From Minisyncoccota bacterium (GTDB lineage Bacteria > Patescibacteriota > Minisyncoccia > Phycocordibacterales > UBA9973): 62,486 bases of DNA. The notes under the pieces were generated by a model. It was not told the DNA's origin, did no database searches, and saw only the letters and a list, made by a program, of their open reading frames with translations. Shown piece by piece: positions 55,350-62,486 of the stretch (positions within the stretch are counted from its first letter, which is position 1; every line of letters starts with the position of its first letter). Position numbers and translations under genes: made by a program. The stretch covers positions 1-62,486 of the forward strand of contig JAGORC010000001.1 of the NCBI GenBank assembly GCA_018063015.1, given 5' to 3'.

Positions 55350-57647
55350 TTATATTTTTTTACTTTTAATTCTAAGAGAATTTCCAACAACCGAAACCGA
55401 AGACATTGCCATAGCAAATCCAGCAAATACAGGGTTCAATAACCAGCCAAATAGGGGATAAAATGCTCCTCCCGCAAGCGGAATACCAACAACATTATAG
55501 AAGAATGCCCAGAAAAGATTTTGCTTTATTCCTTTCATTGTTAGTTTTGATAATTTTATAGCTTTTACTAATTTTGAGATATCTCCATGAAGTAAGGTTA
55601 TACCAGCAGATTCTATGGCAACATCTGTTCCCGTAGCCATTGCTACACCAACGTCAGCAGCAGCAAGTGCTGGAGCATCATTTACTCCATCTCCTGCCAT
55701 TGCTACAACCCTTCCTTCTTTTTGAAGACTTACTACTTTTTCAAGTTTATCTTGAGGCATTATATGAGCAATTACCTCATCAATACCAACTAGAGAAGCA
55801 ATATATTTTGCAGTTTTCTCACTGTCACCAGTTGCTAGGATCACTTTTATTCCCATTTTATGTAAGTCCTCAATGGCTTTTTTTGATTCTTTTTTTATTT
55901 CATCAGAAACCATAACGAACCCAAGAACCATCTCTTTGCTGGCTAATATTACTGGAGTTTTTCCTTCTTCTGTAAATTTCTCTAAATCTTTTATATCAAA
56001 ACTAAGACCTAAATCTTTAACCAGTTTTGTGTTTCCTGCAAAGTATTCCTTTTCTGAAATTATGCCTTTTATCCCTTTACCAGAAATATTCTCAAAACTT
56101 GAAACATCTTTTAGCTCTATTTCCTTTTCCTTTATATAATTTCTTATTGAATGAGATATAGGATGCTCTGATTTTTTTTCAAGTGTACCTAAAATAGATA
56201 AGAATTCTGTATCTGAGATATCAGAAATATTTTTTATATCAGTTAGTGTGGGTTTACCAATAGTTATTGTTCCTGTTTTGTCTACCAATATGGTATCCAC
56301 CTTATATAATTTCTCTAGCACCCCAGCATCTTTTACTAAGATGCCTTCTCTCGCTCCTTTTCCTACCCCAACAATAATAGCAGTAGGAGTGGCGAGTCCC
56401 AGAGCACAAGGACATGCAATAACAAGAATTCCAACAAAAGAAGTAAGTCCATAAGAGAGTGCTTGGGCGAAACCCAACGTAGCTGTTCCCAAAAACAACC
56501 ATGACCCCAAGGCAAGGAAGCTGAGTCCGATTACTATGGGAACAAATACAGCAGAAATTTTATCAGCCAAAGCTTGGATAGGAGCACGAGAGCTCTGCGC
56601 ATTTTCCACCATTTTTATTATTTGAGCAAGCATGGTTTCTTCGCCTACCTTAGTTGCCTTAAAGGTGAAAGCACCAGTTGTGTTTATAGTCCCTGACACA
56701 ACCAAATCATTTATTTTTTTTGAGACAGGCATAGGTTCGCCTGTTATCATTGATTCATCTACATATGACGAGCCATCTACAATAATTCCATCAACTGGTA
56801 TTCTTGTCCCAGGTTTTACCACTACTAAATCGTTATGAATTACATCATTTATTGATATTTCAGTTTCCTTGCCATCTCTTATAACTGAAGCAGTTTTTGC
56901 TTGTAATGTTAGAAGTTTTTCTATAGCATCGCCTGTTTTTATTTTGGCTTTAGCTTCTAAATATTTACCTAAAGTTATAAAAGCAATAACTACAATTGCT
57001 ATATCATAGTAACTAGCCTCTACATTTATATAAGGACTGAGTGATTGTTCAAAAGCAGATAGTATAAAGCTGTATAAAAATGCGACAGTAGTACCAATAC
57101 CAATCAAAGTATCCATATTTGCCTTTCCATATCGCAGAAATCTTAAGAATCCAAGCAGATACGGTTTGCCCACAACGAACAGAGTGTAGGTTGCAAAAAT
57201 TGGTAAAAGATGATGAAAAAGCTCATCTATAACAGTACTCATAGGATTTACTTTTCCAAATTCTGCTAAAATTTCCCAACCCATTACAAAAATACTGAAC
57301 ACTGCTAAGGGAATGACAGTTAAAACTTTTTTTTGCATCTCCTTAATTTCAGTGAGTTTCTCTCTTTTGGACTGATTTATTCCTAAGTGTTCTTTATGTT
57401 GATCTTCTGTCATTCTCATATCTTTTGCTGTTTCAGGAATAACTAGGGAATACCCCAGCTTTTCTATTTTTGAAGATAGATTATTGGGATTTGTTTTCGT
57501 ACTTTCATAAGAAATCTTTGCAGTTTCTGTAGCATAGTTTACCTCAGCAGAAGTTACACCTTCTGTTTTCTTGAAAGTTCTTTCAATTATGCCTGCACAA
57601 GAAGCGCAATGCATTCCTTTTATTCTGAGATTTTCTGTATGATTCAT
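55350..57647 (-). CDS. copA: copper-translocating P1B-type ATPase
   Basis: 765-aa ORF; HMA GMHCASC, CPC motif (IACPCALGLATP), DKTGTIT, GDGVNDAP. Confidence 0.95.
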   Translation of the reverse strand: MNHTENLRIKGMHCASCAGIIERTFKKTEGVTSAEVNYATETAKISYESTKTNPNNLSSKIEKLGYSLVIPETAKDMRMTEDQHKEHLGINQSKREKLTEIKEMQKKVLTVIPLAVFSIFVMGWEILAEFGKVNPMSTVIDELFHHLLPIFATYTLFVVGKPYLLGFLRFLRYGKANMDTLIGIGTTVAFLYSFILSAFEQSLSPYINVEASYYDIAIVVIAFITLGKYLEAKAKIKTGDAIEKLLTLQAKTASVIRDGKETEISINDVIHNDLVVVKPGTRIPVDGIIVDGSSYVDESMITGEPMPVSKKINDLVVSGTINTTGAFTFKATKVGEETMLAQIIKMVENAQSSRAPIQALADKISAVFVPIVIGLSFLALGSWLFLGTATLGFAQALSYGLTSFVGILVIACPCALGLATPTAIIVGVGKGAREGILVKDAGVLEKLYKVDTILVDKTGTITIGKPTLTDIKNISDISDTEFLSILGTLEKKSEHPISHSIRNYIKEKEIELKDVSSFENISGKGIKGIISEKEYFAGNTKLVKDLGLSFDIKDLEKFTEEGKTPVILASKEMVLGFVMVSDEIKKESKKAIEDLHKMGIKVILATGDSEKTAKYIASLVGIDEVIAHIMPQDKLEKVVSLQKEGRVVAMAGDGVNDAPALAAADVGVAMATGTDVAIESAGITLLHGDISKLVKAIKLSKLTMKGIKQNLFWAFFYNVVGIPLAGGAFYPLFGWLLNPVFAGFAMAMSSVSVVGNSLRIKSKKI

Positions 57648-57651
57648 AGAA

Positions 57652-57915
57652 TTACTTCCTCTTTAATTGATAAACTTTTAAAATTTCTTTTGTAGCTTTT
57701 TCTGTTTGACCTTGCTTTATTTGGTTTACCACACAGTGCCCGAGATGCCCTTCAAGTAAAACATCTTCTATATTTGATAGTCCTTGTTTTACTGCAGAAG
57801 TTTGGGTAATTACATCTACACAATAAGTTCCATTTTCAACCATAGTCTGCAACCCTCTTACTTGTCCTTCAATAATTTTTAATCTACGAATTATTTTCTC
57901 TTTACTTGTTTTCAT
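57652..57915 (-). CDS. csoR: CsoR/RcnR-family metal-sensing repressor
   Basis: 87 aa from the ATG at 57915 (the track starts at TTG 57921). RLKIIEGQVRGL, Cys in YCVDV plus H..C in HLGHC (C-H-C copper ligand pattern). Confidence 0.85.
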   Translation of the reverse strand: MKTSKEKIIRRLKIIEGQVRGLQTMVENGTYCVDVITQTSAVKQGLSNIEDVLLEGHLGHCVVNQIKQGQTEKATKEILKVYQLKRK

Positions 57916-57921
57916 GCTCAA

Positions 57922-57950
57922 AGCATATACCCCCCTGGGGGTATAGTCAA
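57922..57950 (-). promoter_or_regulatory. csoR-copA promoter with CsoR-type operator in the spacer
   Basis: Minus strand: -35 TTGACT (57945-57950), 17-nt spacer, -10 TATGCT (57922-57927), 6 nt, ATG at 57915. Palindrome TATACCCCC-CT-GGGGGTATA (57926-57945) fills the spacer. Confidence 0.75.
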
Positions 57951-57963
57951 GAAAGAGTGTGGA

Positions 57964-58863
57964 TTACTTCTGGCAGATAGGGCAGAAGACTGTTGCTCGG
58001 GTGTTAATCAATATTTTCTTTAGTGGATTATTGCAGGTTAGACAGTTTTCCCCGGATTTACCATAAACCTTGTGAACCCTTGCGTAGTTTCCACGTGATT
58101 CATCTAGAAGTCTATACGTAGCCACTGATGATCCACCTGCTTTTATGGCTTTATTCATAATGGATATTATGTTTTTATGGAGTTTTCTGACTTCTACTTC
58201 TTTTAAACTAGAAGCACGTCTTGTGGGTCTTATATTAGATTCAAATAGGCTTTCGTCTGTATAAATATTGCCTACTCCTGTTACTATATCCTGATTCATT
58301 AAAACTGTTTTTATTTTCCTATTTACTCCCTTGAGTGATTCTATAAAATACTTTTCTGTGAAATCTTTCTCCAACGGCTCCTTCCCTAGATTATGGAAAT
58401 GATTTTCTTTTTCAAATTCCTCTAAACTTTTATAATAGAGTACATAACCAAACATCCTTATGTCGTTGTAGTAGAGTGTTCCTTTATTTAATTCAAATAT
58501 TATATGAGTGTGCTTGTTGGGGAGACTAGTCTCTGAGGCTTCTATTGGATGCCCGCCTGTTATATTTTTGTTTCCTGTTTTAGGTTTATATACAAACTGC
58601 CCAGTCATCTTTAAATGAGCTAGAATAATTTTATTATTAGTTAACTTAAATATTAAATTCTTAGCTCTTCGTTCTACAGATAGAAATTTCTCTCCTGTTA
58701 AGCCTTGTATGAAATCTCTCTGCTTCTTCTTGGAGGCAGTGCGAATAGTGCCTTTATCTGAGACAAGTTTCGGCTTTGTAACTATAACCCCTAGTATCTT
58801 TTGTCCTAGGATAGATTTCTCTAGTCCTAGTCTTAAATTTTCTACTTCTGGTAATTCAGGCAT
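57964..58863 (-). CDS. mutM: formamidopyrimidine-DNA glycosylase (Fpg/Nei family)
   Basis: 299-aa ORF; MPELPEVE N-terminus, H2TH region, C-terminal zinc finger C..C....C..C. Confidence 0.9.
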   Translation of the reverse strand: MPELPEVENLRLGLEKSILGQKILGVIVTKPKLVSDKGTIRTASKKKQRDFIQGLTGEKFLSVERRAKNLIFKLTNNKIILAHLKMTGQFVYKPKTGNKNITGGHPIEASETSLPNKHTHIIFELNKGTLYYNDIRMFGYVLYYKSLEEFEKENHFHNLGKEPLEKDFTEKYFIESLKGVNRKIKTVLMNQDIVTGVGNIYTDESLFESNIRPTRRASSLKEVEVRKLHKNIISIMNKAIKAGGSSVATYRLLDESRGNYARVHKVYGKSGENCLTCNNPLKKILINTRATVFCPICQK

Positions 58864-58872
58864 TTTATTTTT

Positions 58873-59454
58873 TTACCTGCCTTTGGCATGGCCTCCTAGT
58901 ATTTTCAGAGCTTCACGAACTTTTGTATTTGTATCTGTATCAGGGGAGACCCTCTTAAGAGCTTCTCGTGCCTCACCTTGTGAGTAGCCGAGCGATTTCA
59001 AAGCTTCCAATGCATCAAGTTCTTCTTGGAGTGTTCCACCTTCATCGGTCATTTCTAGCTTATCTCGTAGCTCTAAGACAATCTTTTCTGCTGTCTTTTT
59101 ACCTATGCCAGAAATTTTAGTTAAATAGGTGACATCACCTGTGGAGATTGCTCTAGCTAAGGTGTCCACTGTTGCTACGCTTAAGATGACCAATGCAGAC
59201 CTAGGACCAATACCTGACACACTTATAAGCATTTCAAATAGAGCTAACTCCTTGTAGTCAAGAAATCCAAAGAGCTCCATAGCATCTTCTCGCACATGAG
59301 TGTATATCCACAAGAAAACATTGTCTCCCTCCTTCTTGGATATTAAGAAATTTTCAGGGGAGACGTTGATTTTATACCCAACACCCGAAGAAGTCTCGAG
59401 TATTAGGAATTTGTCGGTTTTTAGGATTATTTCGCCTTTTAAGCTTCCAATCAT
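58873..59454 (-). CDS. ruvA: Holliday junction DNA helicase subunit RuvA
   Basis: 193-aa ORF; MIGSLKGEI start, HhH motifs (VSGIGPRSA, ISGIGKKTAEKI). Confidence 0.9.
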   Translation of the reverse strand: MIGSLKGEIILKTDKFLILETSSGVGYKINVSPENFLISKKEGDNVFLWIYTHVREDAMELFGFLDYKELALFEMLISVSGIGPRSALVILSVATVDTLARAISTGDVTYLTKISGIGKKTAEKIVLELRDKLEMTDEGGTLQEELDALEALKSLGYSQGEAREALKRVSPDTDTNTKVREALKILGGHAKGR

Positions 59455-59490
59455 GCTTTTATCTTATCAAATATAGCTCGCTTAACCCTA

Positions 59491-59519
59491 TTGACTTTTC
59501 GTCTAAAAAGGTATATAAT
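59491..59519 (+). promoter_or_regulatory. canonical sigma70-type promoter
   Basis: -35 TTGACT 59491-59496, 17-nt spacer, -10 TATAAT 59514-59519. Confidence 0.6.
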
Positions 59520-59553
59520 ATAAAGGTTAAAGTTCTTTAAAAGTGAGTTTTAG

Positions 59554-59895
59554 GTGGGCTTTGTTCGATTAATTAAGTTTCTGACACTCGGATACTTTAT
59601 TGATCGAATAAATTCATCACTTAAAGCCAATATTATGAAAGTTTCAAACTTCTTTTCGGTTGTCGCTGATGTTTTATCAGCGACCTTCATCGCAATTGTA
59701 GTTTTACTACTGTTACTAACTCCTTTTTTGCAAAAGGAAGAATTTAACATATTCCTTGTGGGGGTACTTATTTCGCTGGTTTTAATACCAGTTACAATAA
59801 AGCTGCTTTTAAAGCAGAAACTCTCAAACTGGCAGTTAGTAACGATAGTATTAACACTACTCTGGTTGTCTCAACAGATAACCGACTCTCTTTAA
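59554..59895 (+). CDS. small polytopic membrane protein, function unknown
   Basis: 113-aa ORF from GTG (an alternative ATG at 59635 gives 86 aa); two or three hydrophobic helices. Confidence 0.45.
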   Translation: MGFVRLIKFLTLGYFIDRINSSLKANIMKVSNFFSVVADVLSATFIAIVVLLLLLTPFLQKEEFNIFLVGVLISLVLIPVTIKLLLKQKLSNWQLVTIVLTLLWLSQQITDSL

Positions 59896-60188
59896 TCCTA
59901 AATCCAGATTTATGAATTACTTGAAAGATTCTGACCCAGATGAAATCCAAGAATTACTTAATACCCGCTTATTAAAGGATATTAAGAAAATTCAAAAAGA
60001 AGAAAAAAGGAAAAACAAACCATTGATTAAGCTCTTAAGAGAAATCAGAGAGATCTGGATCTTTATGGTTCGTGGTCATTTACCCCAAAGGTAAGAGGTT
60101 TGTTTTTCAAAATCCAATGTCCTGGCCACAAGCCGGGACATTCTTCGTTATATTTGCGTTTTTAGTGAATTTCTGGTATCTTAATTTT

Positions 60189-60440
60189 ATGCCAATAACA
60201 AGATCAGCCAAAAAAGCAATAAGAGTTTCTTCCCGAAAAAAGGGTTATAATGACCGCCACAAGAAGGCAATGAAGGAAGTTATAAAGAAACTAGCAAAAC
60301 TCGCAAAGACTGACAAGAAAGAAGCTGAAAAGATTCTATCTTCTGCATATCAAATCATAGACAAAGCAGCAAAAAGAGGAGTCATAAAGAAGAACAACGC
60401 TTCTCGAAAAAAGTCTCGATTATCAAAACTAGTAAAGTAA
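60189..60440 (+). CDS. rpsT: 30S ribosomal protein S20
   Basis: Internal ATG of the 60072 ORF. MPITRSAKKAIRVSSRKKGYNDRHKKAMK.. matches S20, so the upstream 39 codons of the track ORF are probably not translated. Confidence 0.85.
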   Translation: MPITRSAKKAIRVSSRKKGYNDRHKKAMKEVIKKLAKLAKTDKKEAEKILSSAYQIIDKAAKRGVIKKNNASRKKSRLSKLVK

Positions 60441-60441
60441 T

Positions 60442-60705
60442 ATGAGTCATCTATTAGAATTCTATGGAACAGAGTGCCCACACTGTGTTCGTATGCACGA
60501 GCTCGTAGAGAAGCTTGAGAAGGAGGATGGAGTGAAGGTAGATAGATTCGAAATTTGGCATAACGATGAGAATGCAAAGAAGATGCAAGAAATAGACAAA
60601 GGTCTATGTGGGGGAGTTCCATTTTTCTATAACACTGAAACTAAGAAATTTATCTGCGGTGAAGCAGACTACAAAGAACTAAAAAATTGGGCGAAAGGAG
60701 AATAA
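60442..60705 (+). CDS. small thioredoxin/glutaredoxin-fold protein
   Basis: 87-aa ORF with a CPHC redox motif near the N-terminus and GGVPFF later. Confidence 0.75.
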   Translation: MSHLLEFYGTECPHCVRMHELVEKLEKEDGVKVDRFEIWHNDENAKKMQEIDKGLCGGVPFFYNTETKKFICGEADYKELKNWAKGE

Positions 60706-60714
60706 ATTTATATA

Positions 60715-60762
60715 TCACACAAAACAAAAAGCCTCATCTGAGAGGCTTTTTGTTTTGTGTGA
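60715..60762. terminator. long bidirectional terminator hairpin
   Basis: 21-bp perfect stem TCACACAAAACAAAAAGCCTC / GAGGCTTTTTGTTTTGTGTGA with a 6-nt loop. The right arm overlaps the 3' end of tRNA-Arg by 3 nt. Confidence 0.8.
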
Positions 60763-60831
60763 TCCCGGCAGGAATCGAACCTGCATCATAACTTCCGCAA
60801 AGTTACGTCCTATCCATTGAACGACGGGACC
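60760..60831 (-). tRNA. tRNA-Arg (GCG)
   Basis: Manual cloverleaf: acceptor GGTCCCG/CGGGATC (one G-U), D-arm GTTC/GGAC, anticodon stem TAACT/AGTTA with loop TTGCGGA, T-arm GCAGGTTCGATTCCTGC; no encoded CCA. Confidence 0.85.
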
Positions 60832-60879
60832 GTTCTATACCTGAACAGATTAGCAGTTTTTACTTAAAAATCAAAGTTA

Positions 60880-61344
60880 TTAGAATCCTAAACGATCCAT
60901 CACCTTAACAGAGGAGTGTTCTGTCATTGGTTCTTCTTGGATACCTCTTTCTAGCATTGCGTAGTGTATTGCTTCACCGAGTTCCTCATTTACAGGGATA
61001 GCTATTATAGGCATGAAGAACCTTTCGCTTCTTATAAGAAGCATTGGATGCCCGTCTGTATTTATGAAGAATGATTTTATACTATCATATGGATATAGTC
61101 TGTTTTGAATTCTTAGCCCTTTTTCTCCAAGTTCATAGTAGATTGTGTCTGGTTTTTTCTTGGCATAGAAACCTAGAAGTATGCCTCCTAGTATTAGTAG
61201 CCCAGCAAAAAAGTAATTCTTATATATTATAGAAGCGATAGAGCCTGCAATGACAATAACTCCGAGTGCCCAGAACCAATCTGAACCTCTTTCCTTGTCT
61301 TCGTATTCGAGTGCTGACCATTCAATTTTATTAGATTCTTCCAC
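60880..61344 (-). CDS. two-TM membrane protein with C-terminal soluble domain, function unknown
   Basis: 154-aa ORF with a hydrophobic hairpin (WFWALGVIVIAGSIASIIY / FFAGLLILGGILLGFY). Confidence 0.5.
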   Translation of the reverse strand: MEESNKIEWSALEYEDKERGSDWFWALGVIVIAGSIASIIYKNYFFAGLLILGGILLGFYAKKKPDTIYYELGEKGLRIQNRLYPYDSIKSFFINTDGHPMLLIRSERFFMPIIAIPVNEELGEAIHYAMLERGIQEEPMTEHSSVKVMDRLGF

Positions 61345-61377
61345 GACTTAATTATACTAAAAAGTTATCGCTTGTGT

Positions 61378-62064
61378 CTATGCTTTTGTATCCTTAGAAT
61401 AAGGCTTTCTAAATACTTGAAGAGTATTTGGATCACCCAAAACCCACTCTAGCCCAAAATCTTCTGGTTTATAAATTTTATTTTTATACATAAATTTCAT
61501 ATTAGAAAAAACTTCCATAAAATATCCACCTTCCGGTAGAACTTTTGATATTTCCGTCATTAATTCAAATCTGTATTCATCATTGTCTGGCTTTTTCGGC
61601 TCTATTATCCCTCTAGATACTCCACCTATAACTATATTAGCTTTATTACCTAAATTATTTTCCTTTTTTAGAAATTCAACCATATCGTCTTTTACGAAGC
61701 TTATTCGTTCATCTACCTTTTTGGTCTCTACGTTGTACTTATCAACTCCTATATACTCCTTGGGAGTAAGAAGTCCCAACTCTTTTATTTCTTCTAAGTA
61801 ATACGGAAAAAGAATTTTAGGATCCATGTTTTCTTTATTATTTAAATTTTCTAATTTTTTTTCGAACAGGTCCTGAAACATTACTCCAATTGTGCTACCT
61901 TTCCCCCCACAACCCAAGTCTATAAGTGGATGTTTAGAAAAAGATTCCTGAACCTCCTTGAATAGTTTCTTGTCTTTTTTATATAAAAATAGTAATCCAT
62001 TCTCAAAGTATTGAGTATCGTGAGCATCTCTTTCATAACGATTGCTAATTGGTCCAGTCTCCAT
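61378..62064 (-). CDS. possible class I SAM-dependent methyltransferase
   Basis: 228-aa ORF; motif I-like LIDLGCGG, later YIGVD and VLPEGGYF. Weak family call. Confidence 0.45.
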   Translation of the reverse strand: METGPISNRYERDAHDTQYFENGLLFLYKKDKKLFKEVQESFSKHPLIDLGCGGKGSTIGVMFQDLFEKKLENLNNKENMDPKILFPYYLEEIKELGLLTPKEYIGVDKYNVETKKVDERISFVKDDMVEFLKKENNLGNKANIVIGGVSRGIIEPKKPDNDEYRFELMTEISKVLPEGGYFMEVFSNMKFMYKNKIYKPEDFGLEWVLGDPNTLQVFRKPYSKDTKA

Positions 62065-62217
62065 ATTGTTGCTTGGATTGATTTAATAATAAAACACTAT
62101 ATGACCTAATCATATCATCTTACTTTTAGATATTAAACTTAATCTGCGGTATTCATTGTACAAAATTCGAACCTTTTTTGAAAGCAATCCTGATGAAGAA
62201 ATCTGAAACAATGCGGA

Positions 62218-62340
62218 CGAAGTTTTGCGGAAACAATTTTCTGGGGAAAGGATTCCGCAAAACTTCGGCTGATTCTTTTTTTCTCAATTCGGATGTCGCA
62301 AGCGGAGGAGGAGGGGTCTGGGGAGGAATCCTCCGCTTGC
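62218..62340. repeat. two long related hairpins in a locally GC-richer spacer
   Basis: H1: 15-bp stem 62218-62232 / 62254-62268. H2: 12-bp stem 62298-62309 / 62329-62340. Both stems contain GCGGA..TCCGC, and both loops contain TCTGGGGA (plus strand). Confidence 0.6.
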
Positions 62341-62398
62341 TCCTCTTTTTGTTTTGGCGAAATTCGGGCGGGCAAAATAAAACTACTTAAAAATTCAT

Positions 62399-62486
62399 TT
62401 ACAAAATTGTATCTTCAACAATCTGCCCGTCGCGTACAAAAATCAACCTCTGTGCCATTCTTGCAAATTCCTCTTCATGCGTAACC
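62399..62486 (-). CDS. C-terminal end of an ABC transporter ATP-binding protein (partial, continues beyond the window)
   Basis: Manual translation ..VTHEEEFARMAQRLIFVRDGQIVEDTIL-stop, the typical ABC ATPase H-loop to C-terminus pattern. Confidence 0.6.
   Translation of the reverse strand, partial: VTHEEEFARMAQRLIFVRDGQIVEDTIL

Noticed and set aside
59912-60094. 60-aa Lys/Glu-rich ORF and the 5' extension of the 60072 ORF
   Set aside because: There are no motifs or start signals. The 60072 ORF is explained by rpsT starting at 60189, so the 59912 ORF may be spurious. It is not reported as a feature.
62218-62340. Mini CRISPR array
   Set aside because: There are only two units. They are inverted-repeat hairpins rather than direct repeats separated by spacers, and there are no cas genes.
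1-62486. Alternative genetic code (UGA recoded, as in some reduced lineages)
   Set aside because: TGA terminates well-defined genes at the expected length (yraN 5979-5981, dnaN 33063-33065, cca 3569-3571). All conserved genes are intact under code 11.

Overview
AT-rich (about one-third G+C by eye), very gene-dense bacterial chromosomal segment. It reads with the standard bacterial code: TGA is used as a stop, e.g. yraN 5979-5981 and dnaN 33063-33065. I saw no rRNA, CRISPR array, transposase, integrase or prophage genes.

The window spans the classical replication-origin neighbourhood: jag-yidC-yidD-rnpA-rpmH (minus) facing dnaA-dnaN (plus) at 28.3-33.1 kb, with DnaA-box-like repeats on both sides of dnaA. 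Housekeeping content is murI, cca, PBP1A, tyrS, ruvC-yebC-ruvB, ruvA-mutM, pcrA/uvrD, rsmA, polA, tsaE, uvrB-uvrA-uvrC, rpsT and seven tRNAs. Several proteins look domain-trimmed (UvrC 426 aa, YebC 178 aa, UvrA 863 aa, PcrA 639 aa). Together with the composition and gene set, this suggests a reduced Patescibacteria/CPR-like genome (inference only).

The main accessory feature is a 13-kb, ten-gene, single-strand block at 15.2-28.3 kb. It encodes a minimal Gram-positive-style type IV secretion-like machine:
- a VirB4 ATPase apparently split into two ORFs;
- a PrgI/VirB3-like protein;
- a VirB6/TrbL-like polytopic protein;
- a pilin-like hairpin fused to an M15 cell-wall peptidase;
- five further proteins of unknown function, four membrane-anchored or secreted and one apparently cytosolic;
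- no relaxase or coupling protein.
It is preceded by two very large, highly charged repeat proteins (7.6-12.5 kb).

Other notable items:
- a csoR-copA copper module with a textbook operator inside the promoter spacer;
- an orphan pilB-type ATPase translationally coupled to a LOG-family gene;
- a 561-aa cysteine-repeat zinc-ribbon protein;
- three intergenic regions with candidate structured RNAs;
- a pervasive promoter architecture in which a TATAAT-like -10 box sits 6-9 nt from the start codon (implying leaderless mRNAs), while Shine-Dalgarno motifs are mostly absent.
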